Positions 56,200 to 64,000 of a stretch of 64,000 nt of DNA are shown in pieces. The stretch covers positions 253 to 64,252 of the forward strand of contig JBAZMQ010000001.1 of assembly GCA_041649675.1 (NCBI GenBank). Reading direction: 5' to 3'. A program made the position numbers and the translations under genes. The notes beneath the pieces were generated by a model, which saw nothing but the letters and a program-made list of their open reading frames with translations, was not told the DNA's origin and ran no database searches. Positions within the stretch are counted from its first letter, which is position 1, and every line of letters begins with the position of its first letter. The DNA is from Patescibacteria group bacterium (GTDB lineage Bacteria > Patescibacteriota > Patescibacteriia > Buchananbacterales > UBA6539).

Positions 56200-57135
56200 A
56201 TGAAAAACTTTTGGCAAAAATTAGATAAACCCATTCTCGCGCTGGCTCCGATGGCCGGCGTTTCGGATTCAGCTTTTCGCCAGCTCTGCAAGTCTTTTGG
56301 CGCTGACGTGGTATATACGGAAATGGTTTCAGCCGACGGCTTGCATTATGATGCCAAAAAAACTTTAGAGCTTTTAAAATTTGCCAAAACCGAAAAGCCA
56401 ATTGTTTGCCAACTGTTTGGCAAGCGGCCGGAAATGTTTGCCAAAGCCGCCAAAATTGCCCAAAAAGCTGGGTTTGACGGCATTGATTTGAATTTTGGTT
56501 GTCCGGCCAAAAAAGTCGTGGCTCACGGCGGCGGGGTAACTATGATGAAAGATTTAAAGCATTGCCATAAGCTGATTGAAACAGTTTTACAAAATACTGA
56601 TTTGCCGGTTTCAGTAAAAATTCGTAGTGGCATTGAAAAAGTAACGGCTTTGGACTTTGTAAAAGCCATCAGTGATTTGCCGGTTTCGGCTTTGATGATT
56701 CACGGCCGGCCGTTTAAAAATCCTTATTCAGCACCGATTGATTACGAAATGATTAAGCAGGTTAAAGAAAATTTTTCGGGTGTGGTTTTGGGTAATGGTG
56801 GAATATTTACGCCTCAAGATGCCAAATTGATGATTGAAAAGACTGGTGTGGATGGAGTTGGTTTGGCCCGAGGTCTTTATGGCAAACCTTGGTTGTTCAA
56901 ACAAATTAAAGATTATTTAAAAAAAGGAAAATATCAGGAATTTGATTTTAAAGACATTAAAAAAGTAGCAATCAGGCATGCTTTGTTAGCCCAGAAAGCT
57001 AAAGGCAAATGGGGGATAGTAGAGACCCGAAAGCACTTGGCTTGGTATGTCAAAGGTTTTGCCGGGGCGGCGGATTTGCGTAAACAACTAGTTCAAGCAG
57101 AAACTATTGATCAGATCAAAAAAATTTTGAAATAA
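56200..57135 (+). CDS. tRNA-dihydrouridine synthase (DusB-like)
   Basis: LAPMAG.SD..FR, TEMVS, QLFG, IDLNFGCP, SVKIR, HGR, GNGG. Confidence 0.93.
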   Translation: MKNFWQKLDKPILALAPMAGVSDSAFRQLCKSFGADVVYTEMVSADGLHYDAKKTLELLKFAKTEKPIVCQLFGKRPEMFAKAAKIAQKAGFDGIDLNFGCPAKKVVAHGGGVTMMKDLKHCHKLIETVLQNTDLPVSVKIRSGIEKVTALDFVKAISDLPVSALMIHGRPFKNPYSAPIDYEMIKQVKENFSGVVLGNGGIFTPQDAKLMIEKTGVDGVGLARGLYGKPWLFKQIKDYLKKGKYQEFDFKDIKKVAIRHALLAQKAKGKWGIVETRKHLAWYVKGFAGAADLRKQLVQAETIDQIKKILK

Positions 57136-57195
57136 ATAGCAAAACCCCGGACAAACTGCGCATCACTGCAATCGGTCCGGGGTGTTAAAATTGTC

Positions 57196-57315
57196 TTAAA
57201 TTATTATGATGGCGCCGACAACCAGCGCTAAGCCGATGACAAAGCCCAGGACAATCGCCCAGCCAGTATTGCTCTTGGCTGAGGTTTTTTTAGTCCTTGT
57301 TTTATTACTCCTCAT
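57196..57315 (-). CDS. 39-aa basic, tail-anchored membrane micropeptide
   Basis: MRSNKTRTKKTSAKSNTGWAIVLGFVIGLALVVGAIIII. GGAGG SD. TTGACA(57385)-17-TATACT promoter. CCCCGGAC/GTCCGGGG hairpin downstream. Confidence 0.75.
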   Translation of the reverse strand: MRSNKTRTKKTSAKSNTGWAIVLGFVIGLALVVGAIIII

Positions 57316-57482
57316 TGGTCCTCCTTTTGCTACCTGGTTGTATAAGGTAACTAATAAGTATAACATATTTATTTGATTATGTCAATACTTATAAATAATT
57401 TAACTAAAAAGAAAAAGACCCGGATATAGCTAGGGCTAATCATCTGGGTCTTTGGTCTAAAGGGCATTGGGTCGTTCTTTTG

Positions 57483-57725
57483 TTAGTAAACCGCTGTCAG
57501 TGATTGTCGCAATTTAGCCTTGGTTTTTTGGGTTTGATGGGCTAAACACTTAGTGTCTGTCCGTTTACGCAATGTTTTGGACCCAATTCTTTTAGGGCAA
57601 TCTACCGCATGGATGTTGCTTACTAGCAGCTTACAGCCGCATGGATAAATTGCTAACCTGGTACCGCCACGGCACTTGGGACAATCAGTCCATTCGGTCC
57701 TTGGGAGATCTTTTGGAATAGGCAT
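57483..57725 (-). CDS. Small Cys/His-rich (CxxC) protein, paralogue A
   Basis: MPIP...W.DCPKCRGG.R...C...N.H...C. GGAGG SD. Confidence 0.7.
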   Translation of the reverse strand: MPIPKDLPRTEWTDCPKCRGGTRLAIYPCGCKLLVSNIHAVDCPKRIGSKTLRKRTDTKCLAHQTQKTKAKLRQSLTAVY

Positions 57726-57771
57726 TTTTTTGCCTCCTTAATCTATAGTTATTATTACTTTGAAATTTCAG

Positions 57772-57909
57772 TTTTTTCTTCCCTTATTTACTCTAAGGAA
57801 AGCTATCAAAAAACCATTAGGTTTTTAGTTTTTTGGCAACTTTCCTTAGTCTCAAATTTAAAAGAGCAAGTAAACATCTAATTAAAGCACGTTTAGAAAA
57901 AAATATCAA
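57772..57909 (-). promoter_or_regulatory. Duplicated leader, copy A: promoter, boxA-like motif, long hairpin
   Basis: TTGATA-17-TTTAAT, TGCTCTTT, CTAAGGAAAG...CTTTCCTTAG stem. Homologous to 59126-59265. Confidence 0.7.
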
Positions 57910-58013
57910 GTCAATTTAGCAATTTGGAAAAAATAAAGCCCAGACGATTAGCAAGGTGCCAAAAGTCTGAGCTTGGGTTTAAAGAGCGGGAGAAAGGGAA
58001 GTGGGGGATGGGA

Positions 58014-58427
58014 TCAACCGCCGTGTGTGCTGATGGCACTCAGAACATCTTCTGCCGACGTATTCGGACCAACTTCCATTGCCATCGGATCCGGAACGAC
58101 CATTACCATCCCGGCGGCGGCTGAAGGTTGTTGGGTCTGAAGGTGGGCTTCAAGGGCGTCTTTTTCACCATCGAATACGCTGACGGTGAAAGGCAGCGGG
58201 GTTGATTCGCCCAGATTTAAGGCGGTACGGACCTGTTCCAGATTGAATTCACCAACCGCTACGAGGAACCGTGGCGGATAGCCAAGTATTCCTTTGACTT
58301 CTTGCCCAGAACCTTTGTAAAGCAGCGCATTAAGCATCGCTGCCGCTTCCATGGTCCAACCAACGATACCATTAGCACAAGCCAGTTCAAAGATGGTCCA
58401 TTTTGTTATCGGTGCACCAATATTCAT
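58014..58427 (-). CDS. Hypothetical protein, tandem paralogue 1
   Basis: YPPRFLVAVGEF..EQVR.AL...FTV..F.G....LEAHLQT. GGAG SD. Confidence 0.75.
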   Translation of the reverse strand: MNIGAPITKWTIFELACANGIVGWTMEAAAMLNALLYKGSGQEVKGILGYPPRFLVAVGEFNLEQVRTALNLGESTPLPFTVSVFDGEKDALEAHLQTQQPSAAAGMVMVVPDPMAMEVGPNTSAEDVLSAISTHGG

Positions 58428-58449
58428 AAGCGAGACTCCAATCTACCCT

Positions 58450-58824
58450 TTATGGGTTTTGTATGGCCGTTTGGCCAGTTTTTCCATTGTCATGGCGTAT
58501 AGTTTGAAGGTGGGCTTCAAGGGTTTGTTCTCTACCCCTGAAGGGAAAAACGGTAAATGACGGGATTTCTTTTACTCCCGCCAGGGCAGCCCGAACTTGT
58601 TCTTCCGAGAATGCCCCGGCGATGGCCAGAAACCGGGTGGGATAAATGATTACCCCACAAAATTCCTGAGCCGGGTTAACGGCGTAGATTCTTTTATTGA
58701 TCACTTCTCCTGCTTTTTTTGGCCAGGAGAAAAAACCATTTCCTGAATCTAATACTGTCCAGTCATCCACGACTGTCCAGTCGTCAACTGGTAATGTGGC
58801 ATTACTACCCGTAGCTGGTTCCAT
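58450..58824 (-). CDS. Hypothetical protein, tandem paralogue 2
   Basis: YPTRFLAIAGAF..EQVR.AL...FTV..F.G....LEAHLQT. AAAGGAG SD before MEPATG. Confidence 0.75.
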   Translation of the reverse strand: MEPATGSNATLPVDDWTVVDDWTVLDSGNGFFSWPKKAGEVINKRIYAVNPAQEFCGVIIYPTRFLAIAGAFSEEQVRAALAGVKEIPSFTVFPFRGREQTLEAHLQTIRHDNGKTGQTAIQNP

Positions 58825-58874
58825 GCAAGCTCCTTTCTTATCCTTTACGGGTTTGTATGGCCTTGGGCCAGAAG

Positions 58875-59090
58875 TTATATGGCTCCACACAACGCCAGGG
58901 AAAGGTATATCGTCCTTAGGTGTGGCTGCTGTGTTATGCGGTTAGCGCCGCAATTTTTGTCGTGGCGGTTGCCACTGGTTTCGCAATGGCCAGGCCCCCA
59001 AATTATTTCGCGATGGCCGCCGCTGCAACCAGGGCAATTAACCCAGCGTGAACTTTCTGGCGTTTTTCCATCTAAACTTGGTATCGGCAT
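58875..59090 (-). CDS. Small Cys/His-rich (CxxC) protein, paralogue B
   Basis: MPIP...W.NCPGCSGG.R...C...N.H...C. AAGGAG SD. Confidence 0.7.
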   Translation of the reverse strand: MPIPSLDGKTPESSRWVNCPGCSGGHREIIWGPGHCETSGNRHDKNCGANRITQQPHLRTIYLSLALCGAI

Positions 59091-59125
59091 CCGACGTTCT
59101 CCTTATTATCAGATTTTGCTTTTTA

Positions 59126-59265
59126 TTTTTTCTTCCCTTAATCACTCTTTAAGGAAAGCTGCCAAAAAACTATCAAATTTGTAATCTTTTGGCAACCTTC
59201 CTTAAAGTTATATTTTAAAGAACACTTAAACATTTAATTAAAGCACATTTATAAAAATTTGTCAA
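59126..59265 (-). promoter_or_regulatory. Duplicated leader, copy B
   Basis: TTGACA-17-TTTAAT, TGTTCTTTAAAA, about 26-bp stem pairing fully with G-U on the minus strand. Confidence 0.7.
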
Positions 59266-59322
59266 ATAAACCCCTGAATTAGGGGTTTATGCTTATTTTG
59301 CTTGTTACTGATAATTTGTATC

Positions 59323-60255
59323 TTACAACCAGTTATTTTTTTTAAAGATTGCCAACATGATTAACCAAATGGTTGCCATTAGAGCAATAATATACCAAAA
59401 ACCAAATTGACTGCTAACTAAAGGCATGCTGACAACCGTATTCATACCAAAGATAGCGGCAATCAAAGTCAGCGGAAAAGTAAAAACCGAAATAATGGTT
59501 AGGATTCGCATGGTGTCAGACAGTTTAAAAGAGATTTGAGATTCATTGGTTTCCTGAAGGGCTTCAATGGTTTCTTTCAAATTTTCTAAAGTGTCCCAAA
59601 TTTCTTTGGCCGAATCCAATAAGCTTTCAAAATAAGCATCGGTTTTTTTCATGACAAACAAAGGATTTTCTTTAAAACTATAAATCATTTTTTTCAAAAC
59701 AGTTTTGTGGACTTGCATAATTTTGCGAAAGTCGGTGATATTGCGGCGAATAATCAAAATTTCCGAAACCATTTGTCTTTCTTTGCCCGAAAAAATTGCT
59801 TTTTCAATATTGTTGCAGTCAATGCTTAAATGATCAATCATCGGAAAACAGTACAGAAATAATTTGTTCAGAATTTCGTAAAGGAGCTTTTCCGGTGATT
59901 TTTCGTTATATTTTTGGCGTAAATCAGTACTCAAACGCAGAAGTTCAAAGAAATCGGTAAAACTTTGTAAATCATCATGATGAATGGTAATAAGAAAATT
60001 TTTGCTGATAAAAATATTGATTTCGGCCGGTAGAATTTCTCGGGTTTCACGATTATAAATTGGCACCCGAAAAACAATAAAAGTATAGCGAGGGTAAACA
60101 TCAATTTTAGTCCTTTGGCTGGTTGATAAACAGTCGGCCAAATCAAGCGGATGAAATTTATACTTTTCACCCAGTTCTCTTAAATTTTGTTCGTCTGGAT
60201 TAGAAATGTTAAGCCAGGAAAAATTTTCAAACTCAATTTTTTGGGTACTCGACAT
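59323..60255 (-). CDS. corA: CorA-family Mg2+ transporter
   Basis: FHPLDL.D, R.K.D.Y, M..LTIIS..PLT.IA.IFGMN. Confidence 0.93.
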   Translation of the reverse strand: MSSTQKIEFENFSWLNISNPDEQNLRELGEKYKFHPLDLADCLSTSQRTKIDVYPRYTFIVFRVPIYNRETREILPAEINIFISKNFLITIHHDDLQSFTDFFELLRLSTDLRQKYNEKSPEKLLYEILNKLFLYCFPMIDHLSIDCNNIEKAIFSGKERQMVSEILIIRRNITDFRKIMQVHKTVLKKMIYSFKENPLFVMKKTDAYFESLLDSAKEIWDTLENLKETIEALQETNESQISFKLSDTMRILTIISVFTFPLTLIAAIFGMNTVVSMPLVSSQFGFWYIIALMATIWLIMLAIFKKNNWL

Positions 60256-60357
60256 AAGTAAAAGTTATTTTATTTTACTTAACTATAGCATAATTTTAGT
60301 CGGTGGGAAAGATTTTTGTATTTTGCCTTGAATTATAGTATAATATAAACAAAATAT

Positions 60358-60882
60358 ATGCCTACCAATCCTTTCCAAAATTTAGCCGAAACCGGCAAAA
60401 ATCAATTAGAAAAAAAAGACAGTTTTGGAATTGGCAAAACTGATTCAGTTGAGTTCAAACCAACACCAGAAATACCCAGCCCGATTTCGGAATCTGAGCA
60501 AGAAAGAATGAAACAGGAGGTTTTAAAAGAGATTCAGGAAACCGAGCAACCCCTTAAAAAATTCGGGACTTTGCCTCCAGGCCAGCCAATCACACCGCCA
60601 AGCGCGCCGAAAAGTCCAGCTTTGATAAAAATTGAAGGAATTTTGGAGCAAGACTTGCAGGCTGCCTATTTAAAAATGGAACCAAAAATCCAGCAGAAAT
60701 TTAAAGCCGAAGGGGAAAAAACCGCTGCTAAAATTGAAAGAATTTTAATGCAGACTAAAATTAAGGCCAAGGATATTTTTAAATTAATCTTTTCCTGGCT
60801 CAAAATTATTCCTGGTGTAAATAAGTTTTTTATCAAGCAGGAAGCAAAAATAAAAACCGATAAAATCATAAAACTAAAGTAA
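60358..60882 (+). CDS. Hypothetical protein
   Basis: Pro/Glu-rich N-terminus, helical C-terminus IE.IL..DL...F...GE.TA..WLK.IPGVNKFFI.QEAKIKTD. Confidence 0.75.
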   Translation: MPTNPFQNLAETGKNQLEKKDSFGIGKTDSVEFKPTPEIPSPISESEQERMKQEVLKEIQETEQPLKKFGTLPPGQPITPPSAPKSPALIKIEGILEQDLQAAYLKMEPKIQQKFKAEGEKTAAKIERILMQTKIKAKDIFKLIFSWLKIIPGVNKFFIKQEAKIKTDKIIKLK

Positions 60883-60885
60883 TTT

Positions 60886-63456
60886 ATGAATCAATTTGGA
60901 GTCCCGGATAATACTTACTCCATCAATTTTGATCCAGCAGCAATTATTAACCAGGCTTATTTTTTTGTTGTTTTTGATGTTTTGGCTATATTGTTTCTTT
61001 TTTTGCTTCTGGTGGTTTTAATTGCCGCTTTGCTTAGGGCTAGAAATTATTTGCCCACCGCCTTTCAAAAGGTGGTTTTTTTAGTCACGGTTCCCAAGGA
61101 ATCAGCTGACTCGGCTGATCAGAAAGAAACTATTGAAATAATTCGTAGTCAAATTGCCTTGGCTGAAAGTTGGTTTTCGACTTTAGGCGGACTGAAAGCG
61201 CACAGAGGACCAAGAGCTTGGCTTTGGGGCCGGACTGACCACTTTTCTTTTGAAATAATTTTTAAAGACGGCTTAATTTCTTTTTACGTGGCTGCCCCTT
61301 ATTACATGAGAGATTACATGGAGCAGCAGATTTTGGCCCAATATCCAGAAGCCAGTATCAGCGAGGTCCAAGATTATAATATTTTTTCCCCTCAGGGTAC
61401 AATTTTAGCCGGCTATTTAAAATTCACCCGGAGTTATATTTTTCCGATCAAAACTTACCAAGCCTTAAATTCCGATCCTTTAAATGCTTTGGCCAGTTCT
61501 TTTACCAAAATTGCCAAAGGTGACGGAGCCGCAATTCAAATAATTGCCCGCTCCGCCAAAAAGAGCTGGCATAAAAAAGGTTCAAAGGTGGCCATTCAAA
61601 TGCAGAAAGGCAAAACGATTCAGGAAGCCATGTATGAGGTCAGTATTTTTAGTTTTTTTAAGTATTTTAATATCTTTAATACCAAAACGCCTGAACAGCT
61701 GGCAGTGGAAAAAACCAAGCCTAACCGGTTACTTTCGCCAATGGAACAGGAGTTAGTCAAAGGTTTGGAACAAAAATCTTCACGGGCGGGACTTGATTGT
61801 AATATCCGAATTATTGTTTCGGCTCAAAATAAACTAACGGCTCAAACTTATTTAAGCAATATTGTTGATTCATTTTCCCAGTTTAATTATTACCAATACG
61901 GCAATAGTCTAAAAATCATGAAGGTTTCGGCCAATAAATTGGTCAATGATTTTATCTACCGGCATTTTCGGCGTAAACAAAAATTGTTATTAAATACCGA
62001 AGAACTGGCCAGTATTTATCATTTCCCAACGCCATTTTTAGAAACGCCAATTATTCGTTGGCTGCTGGCTAAAAAATTGCCGCCGGCACCGAATTTGCCG
62101 CCGGAAGGTTTACTTTTGGGCGAAAATATTTACCGGGGCGTAAAAAACTTTGTCTATTTAAAAACTGATGACCGCCGGCGACATGTTTATATGAACGGAA
62201 TGACTGGTACTGGTAAATCGGTTCTGATGGGTAATTTGGCAATTCAAGATATCCGAAATGGTAAGGGTGTTTGCGTAATTGATCCGCACGGCAGCTTGGT
62301 TGAAAGTATTTTGCCTTGCATTCCTAAAGAAAGAATGGAAGACGTAATTTATTTTAATCCTTCGGATGTTGATCGGCCAATTGGTTTAAATATGCTGGAA
62401 GCCGAAACGCCCGAACAGCAGGATTTTGTAATTCAGGAAATGATTTCAATTTTTTATAAATTAGTGACTGATCCGTCAATGATTGGCCCGATGTTTGAAC
62501 ATAACATGAGAAATGCGATGCTGACTTTGATGGCTGACCGGCAATCTCTGGGCACCATGGCGGAAATTCCTAGAATTTTTACGGACAAGGAATTCCAAAA
62601 ATATAAATTAACCAAGGTCACTGATCCAATGGTTCGTTCGTTTTGGGAACAAGAAATGGCCAAAACTTCTGATTTTCATAAATCAGAAATGCTGGGCTAT
62701 TTAATTTCCAAAGTCGGCCGGTTTGTGGAAAATGCCATGATTAGAAATATTATTGGCCAGCCAAAATCTGGTTTTAATTTCCGCAGCGTTATGGATCAAC
62801 AGAAAATTTTATTGGTTAATCTGGCCAAAGGTACAACCGGGGAAGTAAATAGTAATTTGTTAGGTTTAATTATAGTCGCTAAATTGCAAATGGCGGCTTT
62901 GGGCCGTACCGATATGGCTGAAGCGGCCCGGAAAGATTTTTATCTTTACATTGATGAGTTTCAAAATTTTATTACCGATAGTGTAGCTACGATTATGGCT
63001 GAAGCGCGTAAGTACAAACTTAATTTAACCTTGGGCCATCAATATATCGGTCAGCTAACCGAAGGCAGTGGCCCGGAAGGCAAAAGCTTTGGCAATAAAA
63101 TTAAAGATGCTATTTTTGGCAATGTCGGAACGTTAGTTTCTTTTCGGATTGGCGTTGAGGATGCCGAAATAATTGCCAAACAAATGGCGCCAGTAGTCAG
63201 TGAATATGATTTAATCAATATTGAACGATATAATGCTTATCTGCGGCTTTTGGTTGATAATCAGCCTTTAAAAGCTTTTAATATCCATACTTTCCCGCCG
63301 ATTGCCGGCGATGAAAAAATGATTGGTGATATTAAAGAATTTTCACGCTGGAAATATGGCTCTGATCGGCGTAAAGTCGAGGCCGATATTTTGGAAAGAA
63401 GCCGTTTAGGCTTAGCTAAGTCGGATATCACTCCGCCAATAGAAAGGACTTTGTAA
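60886..63456 (+). CDS. VirD4/TraD-like coupling ATPase (HerA/FtsK superfamily) with N-terminal TM
   Basis: DRRRH.Y..G.TGTGKS Walker A, IDPHG, LYIDEFQNF Walker B, EARKY.L...HQY, IFGNVGT. Confidence 0.85.
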   Translation: MNQFGVPDNTYSINFDPAAIINQAYFFVVFDVLAILFLFLLLVVLIAALLRARNYLPTAFQKVVFLVTVPKESADSADQKETIEIIRSQIALAESWFSTLGGLKAHRGPRAWLWGRTDHFSFEIIFKDGLISFYVAAPYYMRDYMEQQILAQYPEASISEVQDYNIFSPQGTILAGYLKFTRSYIFPIKTYQALNSDPLNALASSFTKIAKGDGAAIQIIARSAKKSWHKKGSKVAIQMQKGKTIQEAMYEVSIFSFFKYFNIFNTKTPEQLAVEKTKPNRLLSPMEQELVKGLEQKSSRAGLDCNIRIIVSAQNKLTAQTYLSNIVDSFSQFNYYQYGNSLKIMKVSANKLVNDFIYRHFRRKQKLLLNTEELASIYHFPTPFLETPIIRWLLAKKLPPAPNLPPEGLLLGENIYRGVKNFVYLKTDDRRRHVYMNGMTGTGKSVLMGNLAIQDIRNGKGVCVIDPHGSLVESILPCIPKERMEDVIYFNPSDVDRPIGLNMLEAETPEQQDFVIQEMISIFYKLVTDPSMIGPMFEHNMRNAMLTLMADRQSLGTMAEIPRIFTDKEFQKYKLTKVTDPMVRSFWEQEMAKTSDFHKSEMLGYLISKVGRFVENAMIRNIIGQPKSGFNFRSVMDQQKILLVNLAKGTTGEVNSNLLGLIIVAKLQMAALGRTDMAEAARKDFYLYIDEFQNFITDSVATIMAEARKYKLNLTLGHQYIGQLTEGSGPEGKSFGNKIKDAIFGNVGTLVSFRIGVEDAEIIAKQMAPVVSEYDLINIERYNAYLRLLVDNQPLKAFNIHTFPPIAGDEKMIGDIKEFSRWKYGSDRRKVEADILERSRLGLAKSDITPPIERTL

Positions 63457-63461
63457 AAAAT

Positions 63462-64000
63462 ATGTCTGATTTGGTTTTTGCCCTCAGTTTTTTATTCTTC
63501 CTTTTGGTTTTTGCAGTTTTAGGTAGCCTGGCTTTAGCCGGCTTATCCGCTGCGCCCTGGGTGCCTTTGTGGAAAAAAGATATTAGGCGAATGTTAAAAG
63601 TTGCCGACGTTAAACCGGGTGAAATTGTTTACGATTTAGGCGCTGGCGATGGCCGAATTATAATTATTGCCGCCGCTGAGTTTGGTGCCTTAGCCACTGG
63701 TTTTGAGTTCGCCTTCTTGCCATATTTTTTGGCTTGGGCTAAAATAAAGCTACTGGGTCTTAGTAAAAAGGCTAAATTAAAATATGGCAATTTTTTCCGG
63801 ACTGATTTTAGCCAAGCCGATGTAATTTGCACTTTTCTCACGCCCCAGGCAATGGCAAAATTAAAACCAAAATTTGAAACAAATACTAAATCTGGCTGCC
63901 GGATAGTATCATATGCTTTCAGTATTCCTGGTTGGCAGCCAAAAATTATTGACAAACCAAACCAAAAAACAACCGTGGTCTATCTGTACCAAAAAGAAAA
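63462..64000 (+). CDS. Membrane-anchored class I SAM methyltransferase (runs to the window edge)
   Basis: N-terminal TM, APWVP, YDLGAGDGRI, VSYAF. Not in the ORF track because it has no stop in the window. Confidence 0.85.
   Translation, partial: MSDLVFALSFLFFLLVFAVLGSLALAGLSAAPWVPLWKKDIRRMLKVADVKPGEIVYDLGAGDGRIIIIAAAEFGALATGFEFAFLPYFLAWAKIKLLGLSKKAKLKYGNFFRTDFSQADVICTFLTPQAMAKLKPKFETNTKSGCRIVSYAFSIPGWQPKIIDKPNQKTTVVYLYQKE

Noticed and set aside
57136-59265. Prophage or integron array
   Set aside because: No integrase, structural genes or recognisable attC sites; each unit has its own promoter
63629-63955. 108-aa minus-strand ORF
   Set aside because: Antisense to the methyltransferase that starts at 63462

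Overview
AT-rich bacterial chromosome segment, genetic code 11. Gene content and style suggest a Patescibacteria/CPR organism (inference): a type IV pilus cluster with no secretin in the window, archaeal-type PyrH, short TsaB, a VirD4-like ATPase and mostly SD-less starts. The backbone is mostly on the + strand: an Rrf2-iscU-nfu-iscS Fe-S operon, a split dcw cluster (mraY-murD-ftsW-murG-murC-murB and mraZ-rsmH-ftsL-ftsI-murF), secA, mutM, uppP, pcm, mltG, pyrH, rplJ-rplL with L10 leader, cysS and a dus gene. rpmA, corA and a pilB-pilC-pilin-pilM/N/O operon are on the - strand. I recognised no rRNA, tRNA or CRISPR array. Main observations: (1) about nine GC-richer, SD-led, self-contained minus-strand transcription units between backbone genes; (2) a 1086-aa pilin with nested domains and a 28-Cys repeat stalk centred on WFFWF; (3) a MTGPGCC uORF ahead of the cysteine desulfurase operon; (4) a DUF559 gene between inverted boxC-like ends, plus a gene-less copy of the same ends; (5) a duplicated promoter, boxA-like motif and long hairpin leading paralogous CxxC mini-proteins; (6) inverted heptamer arrays and small palindromes, some in frame inside murD, mutM and rplL. 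All calls were made by eye; no database searches were run.
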